Positions 39,058-49,094 of a stretch of DNA of 64,000 nucleotides are shown here, piece by piece. Under the pieces are notes generated by a model. The model saw nothing but the letters and a program-made list of their open reading frames with translations, searched no databases and was not told where the DNA came from. Position 1 is the first letter of the stretch. Each line of letters begins with the position of its first letter. This DNA is from Candidatus Latescibacterota bacterium (GTDB lineage: Bacteria; Latescibacterota; UBA2968; UBA8231): the NCBI GenBank assembly GCA_964291625.2, contig OZ220089.1:512001-576000 (forward strand), written 5' to 3'. The position numbers and the translations under genes are program-made.

Positions 39058-41001
39058 ATGCTCTCCGTCTCGAACCTCGCCAAGGTCTACGGCGACCGCA
39101 CCCTCTTCGCCGATGTCTCCCTCATGCTCAACGCCGGGGAGCGCTACGGACTGGTGGGCGCCAACGGCTCCGGCAAGACGACGCTGCTCAACATCCTCGC
39201 CGGTGAGCTGGAGCCCAGCGACGGCGAGATCAGCCTGCCCAAGCGGGCCCGCGTCGGCGTTCTCAGCCAGGACCAGTTCCTCTACGAGGAGCACTCCATC
39301 CTCAACGTGACCCTCATGGGCCACCGCGAGCTGTGGCAGGTCCTGACCGAGAAGGAGACCCTGCTGGCGAAGGCCGGGGAGAGCTTCGACGCCGACCGCT
39401 TCGCCGAGCTGGAGGCCCGGACCGAGCGCCTTGACGGGTACACCGCCGAGGCCCGGGCGGCGGCCATCCTCGAGGGTCTCGGACTGCCGGCGCGGGTCCA
39501 CCACGATCCCCTGTCGACCCTGTCGGGCGGCTTCCGGCTGCGCGTGCTGCTGGCCCAGGTGCTGGCCGGGGACCCCGACGCCCTGCTCCTCGACGAGCCC
39601 ACCAACCACCTGGACATCCTCGCCATCCGCTGGCTGGAGACGTGGCTGCGCGACTTCCCGGGGATGCTGGTGGTCATCTCCCACGACCACCGGTTCCTCG
39701 ACAACGTGGCCACCCGCATCCTCGACGTCGACTACGAGACGGTGCAGCTCTACACCGGGGACTACACCGCCTTCCTCAAGGCCAAGGTGGGCGAGCGCGA
39801 ACGGCGGGAGAAGGAGATCGCCAGCCGCGAGCGCGAGATCGCCCACCACCAGCAGTTCGTCGACCGCTTCCGCGCCAAGGCGACGAAGGCGCGCCAGGCG
39901 ACGAGCAAGCTGCGGACGATCGAGAAGATCACCGAGGGCATGGAGGAGCTGCCCGTCAGCTCGCGCCGCTACCCCACCTTCAAGCTCGCCCAGCGGCGCG
40001 ACAGCGGCCACCAGGTGCTCACCGTGAAGGGCGTGAAGAAGGCCTTCGGCGACAACGAGGTCCTCCACGGGGTCGATCTCTCCGTTCAGCGCGGCGACCG
40101 GCTGGCGATCATGGGCGCCAACGGCATCGGCAAGTCGACCCTGCTCAAGATCGTCATGGGCGATCTGGCCCCCGACGCCGGCACCGTGGAGTGGGGCTAC
40201 GAGACCCACCCCGGCTACTTCGCCCAGGACCACCGCGAGCGCTTCCAGCCGGAGATCACCGCCGAGGCCTGGGCGTGGGAGACCTGTCCCGACCAGTCGA
40301 TCAGCTTCGTGCGCGGCCACCTGGGCCTGGTGCTGTTCTCCGGCGACGACGTGGAGAAGCGCCTCCGCGATCTCTCCGGCGGCGAGGCGACGCGCCTCGT
40401 GTTCTGCCGGCTGGCCATGGAGCGGCCCAACGTGCTCGTCCTCGACGAGCCCACGAACCACCTCGATCTCGAGTCGATCCACGCCCTCGTCGAGGGTCTG
40501 CAGTCCTACCAGGGCACGGTCCTCCTCGTCTCCCACGACCGCTGGCTCGTCAGCCGGCTGGCGACCCGGATCGTCGAGATCCGTGAGGACGAGATCCGCG
40601 ACTTCCACGGCAGCTACGAGGAGTACGTGAGCTACTGCGGCGACGATCACCTCGACGCCGACCAGGTGGTCCTCAAGGCGCACAGCCAGCGGCGGCGCAA
40701 GGCGGAACCCGGCCCCGGCGGCAACGGCCGGAGGCGGTCCCGCAAGGCGGCGGGCGAGGGGCGGGAGCAGCGGCAGGCCGAGCGCCGGGAGGAGAAGCTG
40801 GCGGGGCTGCTGGAGCGCGTGGAGACGGCCGAGTCCCGCCTCCGCGAGATCGACGCGGCCTTCTGCGAGTCCGGCTTCTACGCGAAGACGCCGCCCGGGG
40901 AGGTCCGCCGGCTGAAGGAGGAGCGCTCCCGCCTGGAGCGCCGGGTCTCGGACCTCACGGCGCGCTGGGAGAGCCTCGCCGAGGAGTCCGGCGCCGGCTG
41001 A
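39058..41001 (+). CDS. ABC-F family ATPase
   Basis: Two ABC domains (GANGSGKT, LSGG, LLLDEPTNHLD; GANGIGKS, LSGGE); no TM segments; C-terminal coiled coil. Confidence 0.95.
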   Translation: MLSVSNLAKVYGDRTLFADVSLMLNAGERYGLVGANGSGKTTLLNILAGELEPSDGEISLPKRARVGVLSQDQFLYEEHSILNVTLMGHRELWQVLTEKETLLAKAGESFDADRFAELEARTERLDGYTAEARAAAILEGLGLPARVHHDPLSTLSGGFRLRVLLAQVLAGDPDALLLDEPTNHLDILAIRWLETWLRDFPGMLVVISHDHRFLDNVATRILDVDYETVQLYTGDYTAFLKAKVGERERREKEIASREREIAHHQQFVDRFRAKATKARQATSKLRTIEKITEGMEELPVSSRRYPTFKLAQRRDSGHQVLTVKGVKKAFGDNEVLHGVDLSVQRGDRLAIMGANGIGKSTLLKIVMGDLAPDAGTVEWGYETHPGYFAQDHRERFQPEITAEAWAWETCPDQSISFVRGHLGLVLFSGDDVEKRLRDLSGGEATRLVFCRLAMERPNVLVLDEPTNHLDLESIHALVEGLQSYQGTVLLVSHDRWLVSRLATRIVEIREDEIRDFHGSYEEYVSYCGDDHLDADQVVLKAHSQRRRKAEPGPGGNGRRRSRKAAGEGREQRQAERREEKLAGLLERVETAESRLREIDAAFCESGFYAKTPPGEVRRLKEERSRLERRVSDLTARWESLAEESGAG

Positions 41002-41158
41002 GCCGGGAGGTCCGGCGGGCTACGGGGGCGGCGGGTCCCCGGGCTCGGCTGGAGCGCCAGGTCTCGGACCTCACGGCGCGGTGGGAGAGACTCGGCGAGG
41101 AGTCCGGCACCGGGTAGCGGCAGGTCCGGCCCGGCTACGGGGCCGGGGGCTCGGCTGC
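40933..41158. repeat. Imperfect ~116-bp tandem duplication spanning the convergent ABC-F / DUF4838 gene ends
   Basis: CTGGAGCGCC(G/A)GGTCTCGGACCTCACGGCGCG... begins at both 40933 and 41049; each unit ends ...GGCTACGGGG...GGGCTCGGCTG. Confidence 0.85.
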
Positions 41159-43420
41159 GTACAGGAAGGGCCGCCGCCAGATCCCGCCCATGTGGTGCTC
41201 GTTGTGCACGCGCAGGGCCAGGGTGCGGGTGCCGGGGGCGAGCCGGCCCGTCAGGTCCACGTCCCAGTCGAAGCGGTAGCTGTTGTGCCAGTACATGGGG
41301 CGCCAGTCCCGGTAGCCGGCGAGATATCCGTCGACGTAGAGCCAGGCCTTGCCGAAGAGGCCGGGAAAGTGGACGCCGAGGGCCCGCTCCGCGTCGGCGG
41401 CGCTCACCTCGATGTCGGTGCGGTACCACACGAAGCCGTTGTACTCGCCCCCGCCGGGGCCGGCGACGCCCTGGGCCTCCATGTAGAGATCGGTGCGCAG
41501 GGGCCGCCAGGCCGCCAGGTCCAGCTCCGGCCGGCCCCAGGCCTGGTGCAGGCCGGCGTCGTGGGGATCGGTGCGGAAGCTCCATAGCAGCGGAAGCCTC
41601 TGCACCAGGCGGCCGGCGGGGCCGTCGGTGAGGGCGTGCAGCTCCCGGTACTGCTGCACCTCCCCCGGCCACCAGGCGTCGCCCTTCTCCAGGCGGGTGG
41701 TGGTGAAGGTGGGGCTCATGCGGGTCAGGGAGTCGCGCCAGGCCAGGCCGCGCTCGCCGGCGCGCACGGCGGCGCCGTAGTCCCCTTCGGTGGCGGCCCG
41801 GTCGACCATCTCCACGTAGGACTGCAGGACGCCGTACCCGGCCTCGACGAAGCGCACCCGGCGCGCGAAGAGATCCTCCGGGGGGCGGTCGCCCACCAGG
41901 GCACCGGCCGCGGCCACGTGCGGAGCCAGGCGGCTCACCAGTTCCGGCGTGTAGACCATGGGGGCCAGCCAGAACTCGTGCTCGTGGGAGAGGGTCCGCT
42001 CCCAGGCCTGGTGGATCGCCTGCCAGTAGGCGCGCATGGGGGCTGCCGCCGGTCCCCAGAAGTCGGCGTGAAACCGCTCCAGCTCGGCCTCCACGTCGGC
42101 GTCCGGGTCCCAGTAGAGGAGAGCCCGCAGGTAGAGGTTGAGGAAGGTGGTGGCCATCGCCCCCCGGCTCTCGGTGTCGACGCCGAGGATGCCGGCGTCG
42201 CGGTAGTGGCGCACGTCCTGGCGGACGGACTGCACCGAGGGGTTGGGGATGTCGCGCCAGACCAGCATGCCCTGGTCGTAGTCGTAGATGATCAGGCGGC
42301 CCTGCATCGTCTCGGCCCAGCGGTACATGACGTCGCGGTACTCCTGGCGGGGCGGGCAGCGGGGATCGTCCATGCCGTGGATGGGGCAGACGTCGATCGG
42401 CGCCAGGTAGGCCACCAGGGGCTCGGCGGCGGCGATGCGGCGCTGGGGCGGCAGGGTGATGTTAGAATAGGCGAGGAAGCCGATGCGGCGTCCGGGGAAG
42501 CGGGCGTGGGTCAGCTCGGCGACGCCGTTGTAGAGGGCCATGAAGGGATCGGTGAGGGCCGGGGACATGAAGTTCTTGTCCCACAGGCCGGCGGCCAGCT
42601 CCGCGTCGGAGGCGCAGGCGAGGTCGTAGAGCCCGTCGTCCATGCCGAGGGAGACGGCCGGCGCGCCCTCGGCGAAGCGCTCCATCACCTGGCCGGCCAC
42701 GTGCCGGATCGTGACCGGGTCGGAGAGGCAGATCGACTGGGCCGAGGAGTCCGCGCCCACCAGCTCCTCCACGTAGTGGCCGAGGGCGTGGCCCGCCGGC
42801 ACCGACAGGTTGTTCATCCGGTTGCGGCGCATGAACTCCTGCCGGCCGCTGTTGTCGCCGATCCAGGAGAGCCAGTAGCGGCGCACCTCGAAGGGCGGCG
42901 CCCAGGCCAGGTCGAGGCTGTCCACGGTCAGCGTCGGCTTGCGGGGGATGCTGGCGCCGAAGTCGGTGGGCAGGTACCAGCGGCAGCCCCAGCGCCGCAG
43001 CAACTCCACCGCCGCGTAGTAGTGGGACTCGTCGTTGCTGCCGGCCAGGTAGACCCGATCCCCCCGGCGCCGCGCGACAATGGCATCCGCGCGCAGGACG
43101 GGGTCGGGCTTCTGCAGGGCCGCCAGGCGGGGTCCCAGGGAGGGGTCGGCCTCGAGGGCGGCCCGGCCCACCAGCAGCAGGGGAGCGGACTCGGACAGGG
43201 CCTGTTCGAGTTCGGCCGTTCCCTCGACGAGGGGCAGCCGTGCGCCGCTCATCTCCTCGACGTAGCGCACCAGGTCGGAGGCCGCGCGCCGCTCCCACTC
43301 CCCCGCCTCCGGGTGCACCCCGACGCGGGCCCGGCCGCGTCCCTCCTCGACCACGACGAGGGGATCGGCCGCCAGGGCCGCGGCCAGCCACAGCAGGCAC
43401 AGGGCCGGTGCGTATCGCAT
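41135..43420 (-). CDS. Secreted DUF4838-type protein with C-terminal galactose-binding-like domain
   Basis: Signal peptide; GH20-N-like start (AASDL..Y.E.MSG.RL; G.RWY.P); FLAY...PP; C-terminal WSFRTDP...YNGFVWYR...GGIWR. Confidence 0.72.
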   Translation of the reverse strand: MRYAPALCLLWLAAALAADPLVVVEEGRGRARVGVHPEAGEWERRAASDLVRYVEEMSGARLPLVEGTAELEQALSESAPLLLVGRAALEADPSLGPRLAALQKPDPVLRADAIVARRRGDRVYLAGSNDESHYYAAVELLRRWGCRWYLPTDFGASIPRKPTLTVDSLDLAWAPPFEVRRYWLSWIGDNSGRQEFMRRNRMNNLSVPAGHALGHYVEELVGADSSAQSICLSDPVTIRHVAGQVMERFAEGAPAVSLGMDDGLYDLACASDAELAAGLWDKNFMSPALTDPFMALYNGVAELTHARFPGRRIGFLAYSNITLPPQRRIAAAEPLVAYLAPIDVCPIHGMDDPRCPPRQEYRDVMYRWAETMQGRLIIYDYDQGMLVWRDIPNPSVQSVRQDVRHYRDAGILGVDTESRGAMATTFLNLYLRALLYWDPDADVEAELERFHADFWGPAAAPMRAYWQAIHQAWERTLSHEHEFWLAPMVYTPELVSRLAPHVAAAGALVGDRPPEDLFARRVRFVEAGYGVLQSYVEMVDRAATEGDYGAAVRAGERGLAWRDSLTRMSPTFTTTRLEKGDAWWPGEVQQYRELHALTDGPAGRLVQRLPLLWSFRTDPHDAGLHQAWGRPELDLAAWRPLRTDLYMEAQGVAGPGGGEYNGFVWYRTDIEVSAADAERALGVHFPGLFGKAWLYVDGYLAGYRDWRPMYWHNSYRFDWDVDLTGRLAPGTRTLALRVHNEHHMGGIWRRPFLYAAEPPAP

Positions 43421-43518
43421 TCCATCTCCTCCTCGAAGGGCGCCCCTCGGCCGTTGATCCTCCGGCGGGCAAGGGCTATCCTAGCGCCGCCCTCTCGCCC
43501 CCCGCGACCGCCTTTCAG

Positions 43519-44874
43519 ATGACGCAATCACCGACGCTCACCGCTCCCTCGGCCTGCCACGTCATGGCCAAGCCCTCGGGCTCGGTCTGCAACATCGACT
43601 GCACCTACTGCTTCTACCTCGAAAAAGAGAAGCTCTACCCCGACGCCGGGCGCAACTGGCGCATGAGCGACGAGGTGATGGAGCTGTACGTGAAGCAGTA
43701 CATCGAGGCCCAGGACGTGCCGGCCGTGAACTTCGCCTGGCAGGGCGGGGAGCCGACGCTGCTGGGGGTCGACTTCTTCCGCCGCGCCGTGGAGCTGCAG
43801 AAGCGCTACGCCGGCGGCAAGGAGGTGACCAACGCCTTCCAGACCAACGGCATCCTCCTCGACGACGAGTGGGGCGAGTTCCTGGCCCGGGAGAGCTTCC
43901 TCGTGGGCCTGTCGATCGACGGTCCCCGGGAGCTCCACGACCGCTACCGCGTCGACAAGGGGCAGAAGCCGACCTTCGACCGCGTCATGGCCGGCCTGGA
44001 GGTGCTCAAGAAGCACGGCGCCGAGTTCAACACCCTCACGGTCCTGCAGAACCACAACGCCGACCACCCCCTCGAGGTCTACCGCTTCCTCAAGGAGATC
44101 GGCTCCGGGTTCATGCAGTTCATCCCCATCGTCGAGCGCCTCACCGGCGACCCGGACGAGACCGGCCTGGAGTTGGTGGCGCCCGAGTTCGAGGGCCGGG
44201 CGGCGGTCACCCGCTGGTCGGTGGGTCCGGCCCAGTACGGCCGCTTCCTGTGCGCCGTCTTCGACGAGTGGGTGCGGCGCGACGTGGGCCGCTTCTTCGT
44301 GCAGATCTTCGACGTCTCCCTCGGCAGCTGGCTGGGGCAGGACGCCTCCTTGTGCATCTTCGCCGAGACCTGCGGCAACGCCCTGGTGATCGAGCACAAC
44401 GGCGACCTCTACTCCTGCGACCACTTCGTCTACCCCGAGTACAACCTCGGCAACGTGCGCGAGCACACGATCCGCGACATGGTGGCCAGCCCCGAGCAGC
44501 GCCGCTTCGGACAGGACAAGGCCGACGGCCTGCCGCGCTACTGCCTGGAGTGCGACTACCGCTTCGCCTGCAACGGCGGCTGCCCCAAGCAGCGCTTCGA
44601 GCGCACCCCCCACGGCGAGGGGGGGCTCAACTACCTGTGCCGCGGCTACAAGATCTACTTCGGCCACGTCGATCCCTACATGCGGGTCATGGCCGATCTC
44701 GTGCGCCGCGGGCAGCCGGCGGCCGGCGTGATGGACTGGGTGCGGCAGAGGGACGCGGCCCGGGCGGCGCCGGCACCGCCGAAACGCAACGATCCGTGTC
44801 CGTGCGGGAGCGGACGCAAGTTCAAGCGCTGCTGCGGCAACGCCGCGGCCATGACCAGGACGGGAGAGGGATGA
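43519..44874 (+). CDS. Anaerobic sulfatase maturase (radical SAM/SPASM) with SEC-C tail
   Basis: CNIDCTYCFY, WQGGEPTL, GDLYSCDHFV, C..C.Y.FACNGGCPK, RNDPCPCGSGRKFKRCC. Confidence 0.94.
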   Translation: MTQSPTLTAPSACHVMAKPSGSVCNIDCTYCFYLEKEKLYPDAGRNWRMSDEVMELYVKQYIEAQDVPAVNFAWQGGEPTLLGVDFFRRAVELQKRYAGGKEVTNAFQTNGILLDDEWGEFLARESFLVGLSIDGPRELHDRYRVDKGQKPTFDRVMAGLEVLKKHGAEFNTLTVLQNHNADHPLEVYRFLKEIGSGFMQFIPIVERLTGDPDETGLELVAPEFEGRAAVTRWSVGPAQYGRFLCAVFDEWVRRDVGRFFVQIFDVSLGSWLGQDASLCIFAETCGNALVIEHNGDLYSCDHFVYPEYNLGNVREHTIRDMVASPEQRRFGQDKADGLPRYCLECDYRFACNGGCPKQRFERTPHGEGGLNYLCRGYKIYFGHVDPYMRVMADLVRRGQPAAGVMDWVRQRDAARAAPAPPKRNDPCPCGSGRKFKRCCGNAAAMTRTGEG

Positions 44875-45776
44875 TCGACGTCGAGCTGAAGTCGGACGAG
44901 GGCCGGGTCGCGGTGAACGTGGACGGAGGGCTCTTCGTCGAGTACGTGTACGGCCACTACATCTGCCGGCCGTCCTTCTACCCCGTGCTCACCCCCACGG
45001 GACAGGCCCTGACGCGGGCCTACCCCTTCGCCGACGTGGAGGGCGAGAACCAGGACCACTACCACCACCGCAGCATCTACACCGCCCACGGCCTGGTGAA
45101 CGGCCACAACCTGTGGGACGAGGGTGTCCGCGGCCTGGGCCACGGCTCCATGCTGCAGCGAGGGGAGCCGCGGGTGAGCGCCGCCGGGGGCGAGGCCGCC
45201 ATCGACGGCGTCGTCGACTGGTTCGGCCCGGCCGGCCAGCGGCTGCTGGAGGAGGAGCGCTGCTTCCGCATCGCCGCCGAGGGGCCGCTGCGCGTCCTCG
45301 ACCAGCGCAGCGTCCTGCGCGCCCGCCACGGCGACGTCACCTTCGGCGACACCAAGGAGGGCGGCCTGTTCTCGATCCGCGTGCCGACCTCGATGGACGC
45401 CAAGGACAAGGGACGCATCGAGAACTCGGAGGGGGACGTCTTCGACAGCGGCCAGGGCGAGGAGACGACCTGGGGCCAACGCGCCGCCTGGGTCGACTAC
45501 TCGGGGCCCCTGGCCGACGGCTCGCAGTGGGGCCACACCGTCGTCGACCACCGCTCCAACCCCTGGCACCCCACCCACTGGCACGTGCGGGGATACGGCC
45601 TGTTCACGGCCAACCCCTTCGGACTGCACGACTTCCTGAAGGACGAGAGCGCCGACGGCAGCTGGACGATCCCCGGCGGCAGCGAGGCGGTCATGCGCTT
45701 CCGCCTGATCGTGCACCCGGGGCGGGGTCCGGACGGCCGCGTGATGGAGTTGATCGACGAGTTCCAGGCGGCCTGA
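44871..45776 (+). CDS. PmoA-family/DUF6807 protein
   Basis: DHYHHRSIY.AHG.VNG, FGDTKEGG, WG.RA.WVDYSG, DH.SN...PT.WH.RGYGLF.ANPFG. Confidence 0.78.
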   Translation: MIDVELKSDEGRVAVNVDGGLFVEYVYGHYICRPSFYPVLTPTGQALTRAYPFADVEGENQDHYHHRSIYTAHGLVNGHNLWDEGVRGLGHGSMLQRGEPRVSAAGGEAAIDGVVDWFGPAGQRLLEEERCFRIAAEGPLRVLDQRSVLRARHGDVTFGDTKEGGLFSIRVPTSMDAKDKGRIENSEGDVFDSGQGEETTWGQRAAWVDYSGPLADGSQWGHTVVDHRSNPWHPTHWHVRGYGLFTANPFGLHDFLKDESADGSWTIPGGSEAVMRFRLIVHPGRGPDGRVMELIDEFQAA

Positions 45777-45788
45777 GGCCGGCGCCTC

Positions 45789-47501
45789 TCAGGCCAGACC
45801 CACCACCTCGCCGTCGGCGTCGAGGTCGAGGTTCATGAAGGCCGGCTTCGACGGCAGCCCCGGCATGCGTCGGATCTCCCCGCACAGGGGCACCAGGAAG
45901 CCGGCTCCCGCCGAGAGCACCACGTCCCGCACCGGCAGCACGAACCCGGAGGGCACGCCCCGCAGCTCCGGGTCGTGCGACAGCGACAGGTGGGTCTTGG
46001 CCATGTTCACCGGCAGGGACCCGAAGCCGAGATCCTCGTAGCGCTCGATGGTACTCTCCGCCTCCGGGGACAAGTCGATTCCGTCGGCGCCGTAGATGCG
46101 CGCCGCCACGGTCTCGATCTTGTCGCGCAGGGGCGTCTCCTCCCCGTAGAGGAAGTCGAAGCTCGAGCCCGACCGGCAGGTGTCCACCACGGCCCGGGCC
46201 AGCTCCGCCCCTCCGGCCCCGCCGCGGGCCCAGACGTCGCAGACGGCCGCCGCCGCGGCCCCCAGGCCGGGGGCCGCCTCGAGGACCCGGTCGACCTCGG
46301 CGTCGGTGTCCCCCGAGAAGCGGTTGAGGGCGACCACGGCCGGCACCCCGAACTCGCCCACGATGCGGATGTTGGCCGCCAGGTTGTGCAGCCCCTCATC
46401 AAGCCACGCCATCTCCTCGGCGGCGCCGGACTGCCGCTTCTCGGGAGCGCCGCCGTGGGACTTGAGGGCCCGCACCGTGGCCACGACGACGGCGCAGTCC
46501 GGCCTCAGGCCCGAGTAGCGGCACTTGACGTGGCAGAGCTTCTCGAAGCCGCAGTCGGCGCCGAAGCCGCTCTCGGTGACGAGGTACCCCTCCCCCATCA
46601 GGCCGAGGGCGATCTCGTCGGCGACGATGGAGCTGTTGCCGTGGGCGATGTTGGCGAAGGGCCCGGCGTGGACCAGGACCGGCGTGTTCTCCAGGGTCTG
46701 CATCAGGTTGGGCATCATGGCGTCCTTGAGCAGGACCGCCATCGCCCCGGCCGCGCCCAGGTCCTCCGAGGTCACCGGCCGCCCGGCGCGGTCGAAGGCG
46801 GCCACGACCCGCCCCAGCCGGGCGCGCAGGTCCCCCAGGTCCCTGGCCAGCGCCAGGATCGCCATCACCTCGGAGGCGGCGGTGATGTCGAAGCCGCTGC
46901 GCCGGCGCACGCCCTCGCCGCCCTCGCCGACGACGATCTCGCGCAGGGCCCGGTCCCCGAGGTCGACGACCCGCTTCCACACGACCCGGTCCGGGTCGAT
47001 GTCGAGCCGCTCCAGGCCGCGCCGGCGCAGGCGCCTGTCGCTCAGCCGCTCCTCGTGGTAGAGCCGCGAGTCCAGGGCGGCGGAGAGCAGGTTGTGGGCC
47101 GCGGTGACGGCGTGGATGTCGCCGGTCAGATGCAGGTTCATCTCGTCCATGGGGATGACCTGCGCGCGGCCCCCGCCGGCGGCTCCCCCCTTGATGCCGA
47201 AGGTCGGCCCCATAGAGGGCTGGCGGATCGTGGCGATCGAGGTGTGGCCGAGGGCGTTGAGGGCCTGACTGAGGCCGAGGGTGGTCGTCGTCTTGCCCTC
47301 GCCGTACCGGGTGGGGGTCATGGCCGTGACGACGACGTACTTTCCCGGCCCGCCGCGGCTCCGCCGGTCCACGGCATCGAGGTGGATCTTGGCCTTGTGG
47401 CGGCCGTACAGGTCGATGTCGCCGTCCGACAGCCCCAGTCTCGAGGCGATGCCGGCGGCCGGCTCGGGGGTCGCCGCACGGGCGATGTCGAGATCGCTCA
47501 C
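45789..47501 (-). CDS. fhs: Formate--tetrahydrofolate ligase
   Basis: TPT.YGEGKTT, GIKGGAAGGG, NLHLTGDIHA, HAGPFANIAHG, MPGLP; GTG start at 47501. Confidence 0.96.
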   Translation of the reverse strand: MSDLDIARAATPEPAAGIASRLGLSDGDIDLYGRHKAKIHLDAVDRRSRGGPGKYVVVTAMTPTRYGEGKTTTTLGLSQALNALGHTSIATIRQPSMGPTFGIKGGAAGGGRAQVIPMDEMNLHLTGDIHAVTAAHNLLSAALDSRLYHEERLSDRRLRRRGLERLDIDPDRVVWKRVVDLGDRALREIVVGEGGEGVRRRSGFDITAASEVMAILALARDLGDLRARLGRVVAAFDRAGRPVTSEDLGAAGAMAVLLKDAMMPNLMQTLENTPVLVHAGPFANIAHGNSSIVADEIALGLMGEGYLVTESGFGADCGFEKLCHVKCRYSGLRPDCAVVVATVRALKSHGGAPEKRQSGAAEEMAWLDEGLHNLAANIRIVGEFGVPAVVALNRFSGDTDAEVDRVLEAAPGLGAAAAAVCDVWARGGAGGAELARAVVDTCRSGSSFDFLYGEETPLRDKIETVAARIYGADGIDLSPEAESTIERYEDLGFGSLPVNMAKTHLSLSHDPELRGVPSGFVLPVRDVVLSAGAGFLVPLCGEIRRMPGLPSKPAFMNLDLDADGEVVGLA

Positions 47502-47656
47502 AATCGTCTCCCTGGCAGGCCCGGCGAATATCGCTCGCCCTCCGGAGACCCGGCAAATCCCCCGGCTCCCGGCGGCTCCGGTGCGCCGGGAGCCCCGCTT
47601 CACTTTCTTTCACCCGGAACCACGCCGGGTCGGCCCCCCTCACCCACGGAATCTGT

Positions 47657-48661
47657 ATGAAAGCTACCAGGGACCTCATCATCGGCGCCTTCGCCACGGC
47701 CCTCCTGGGCTTCGCCTTCGCCAGGATCGAGCTGGTCGAGGCGCTGCAGGGCATGACGCGCTATTACCAGCGGATGGAGTTCGGCGAGGCGGTCGCCGCC
47801 GTGCCCGCCCTGGTCCTGGTGATCGTCTGGTTCGCGGCGCAGCGCTGGCGCGAGACCTCGCGGCTGACCCGAGAGCTGAAGCGCACCGAGGCCCGCCTGC
47901 GCCAGGCGCGGGAGAAGGGCCGCTCCCTGGAGGACCAGCTCGGCGGGGCCAGCCGGATGGCCGCCATGGGAGCCCTCACCGGGGGGCTCGCCCACGAGTT
48001 CAACAACGTGCTGCAGCCGATCATCACCCTGGCCGAGATGAACATCGACTCGAGCGAGTCGCAAGAGGAGAGCCGTATCCGCACCCGGCACATCCTCAAG
48101 GCCGCCGAGCACGGCACCGAGATCGTCCGCGGCACCCTCGCCTTTCCGGCCGGCGGCACCCAGGAGACCGAGGAGCTGTCCCCGGCTCCGGAGCTGGCGG
48201 AGATCGCCGCCCAGGCCCAGGAGACCTACCGGGGCCGCATCCAGGTGGAGGTCCGCGCCGCCGAGGAGGCCGGCACCATCCGCGTCAACCCCACCGAGTT
48301 CCGGCAGGCCATGGCCAACCTGCTCAAGAACGCCGCCGAGGCGATGCGCGAAGGCTCCGTCGTCATCGGCCTCGACGCCGTCACCCTCGACGCCCGGGGC
48401 GCCGGCTCCCGGAGTCTGGCGGCCGGCCCCTATGTGCGCGTCACCGTGGCCGACGACGGCCCCGGCATGGCCCCCGAGGTGACGGCGAAGGTCTTCGAGC
48501 CCTTCTACACCACCAAGGAGGCCGGGAAGGGCACGGGCCTGGGCCTGGCGGTGGTGGACAGCCTGGTCCGGGGATGGAACGGCAGGATCTCGGTGCAGTC
48601 CTCCCCCGGCGAGGGAGCGTCCTTCGAGATCCTGATCCCGAGATCGGAAGGGGAGGACTGA
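47657..48661 (+). CDS. Sensor histidine kinase
   Basis: GGLAHEFNN H-box, NLLKNA, DDGPGM, FEPFYTTK, GTGLGL; two N-terminal TM helices. Confidence 0.92.
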   Translation: MKATRDLIIGAFATALLGFAFARIELVEALQGMTRYYQRMEFGEAVAAVPALVLVIVWFAAQRWRETSRLTRELKRTEARLRQAREKGRSLEDQLGGASRMAAMGALTGGLAHEFNNVLQPIITLAEMNIDSSESQEESRIRTRHILKAAEHGTEIVRGTLAFPAGGTQETEELSPAPELAEIAAQAQETYRGRIQVEVRAAEEAGTIRVNPTEFRQAMANLLKNAAEAMREGSVVIGLDAVTLDARGAGSRSLAAGPYVRVTVADDGPGMAPEVTAKVFEPFYTTKEAGKGTGLGLAVVDSLVRGWNGRISVQSSPGEGASFEILIPRSEGED

Positions 48662-48664
48662 ACC

Positions 48665-49063
48665 ATGGCCAAGGTGCTGATCGCCGAGCACGACGAGGGG
48701 GTGCTCAACGCCCTGGCCACGCTGCTGCGGAGCGCCGGCCACGAGGTCTTCGAGGCCGATCGCTGCGAGGACGCCCTGGAGACCGTCGCCTCCCAGGGCC
48801 CCGATATCCTCCTCACCGACGTGAACATGCCGGGGATGACCGGGGTCCAGATGATCAAGAGGCTGCGCAGGAGCCACCCCACCATCGGCATCATCGCCAT
48901 GTCCGGCGGCGGCATGCACCAGAACCCGGAGCTGGCCACGACCCTGGCCAGTATCGCCGGCGCCGACCGGGCGCTGGAAAAGCCCTTCAAGAACGAGATC
49001 CTGCTCTCGAGCGTGCACTCCCTGCTGGCCACGGCCCGGAGACCCCGCGCCGGGCGCAGGTAG
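48665..49063 (+). CDS. Single-domain response regulator (CheY-like)
   Basis: VLIAE, DILLTDVNMPGMTG, IIAMSG, KPF. Confidence 0.92.
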   Translation: MAKVLIAEHDEGVLNALATLLRSAGHEVFEADRCEDALETVASQGPDILLTDVNMPGMTGVQMIKRLRRSHPTIGIIAMSGGGMHQNPELATTLASIAGADRALEKPFKNEILLSSVHSLLATARRPRAGRR

Positions 49064-49094
49064 GCGAGAGCGATCCCTGAGAAAGGATGATTCG

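Noticed and set aside
40933-41158. Possible CRISPR or mini-array
   Set aside because: Only two diverged units, derived from coding ends; no spacers and no cas genes.
44871-45776. Methane monooxygenase (from the 'PmoA family' label)
   Set aside because: A soluble DUF6807-type protein with no TM helices and no pmoB/pmoC; not evidence of methanotrophy.
45768-45796. Hairpin GGCCTGAG...CTCAGGCC as a terminator
   Set aside because: The symmetry comes largely from both convergent genes ending in GCC TGA; no U tract.
47502-47656. Possible ZTP or THF riboswitch upstream of fhs (hairpin 47564-47594)
   Set aside because: The minus-strand sequence lacks the conserved ZTP (GACUGGCG...GGGGAGC...GCCUGGG) elements; only a generic 11-bp hairpin is present.
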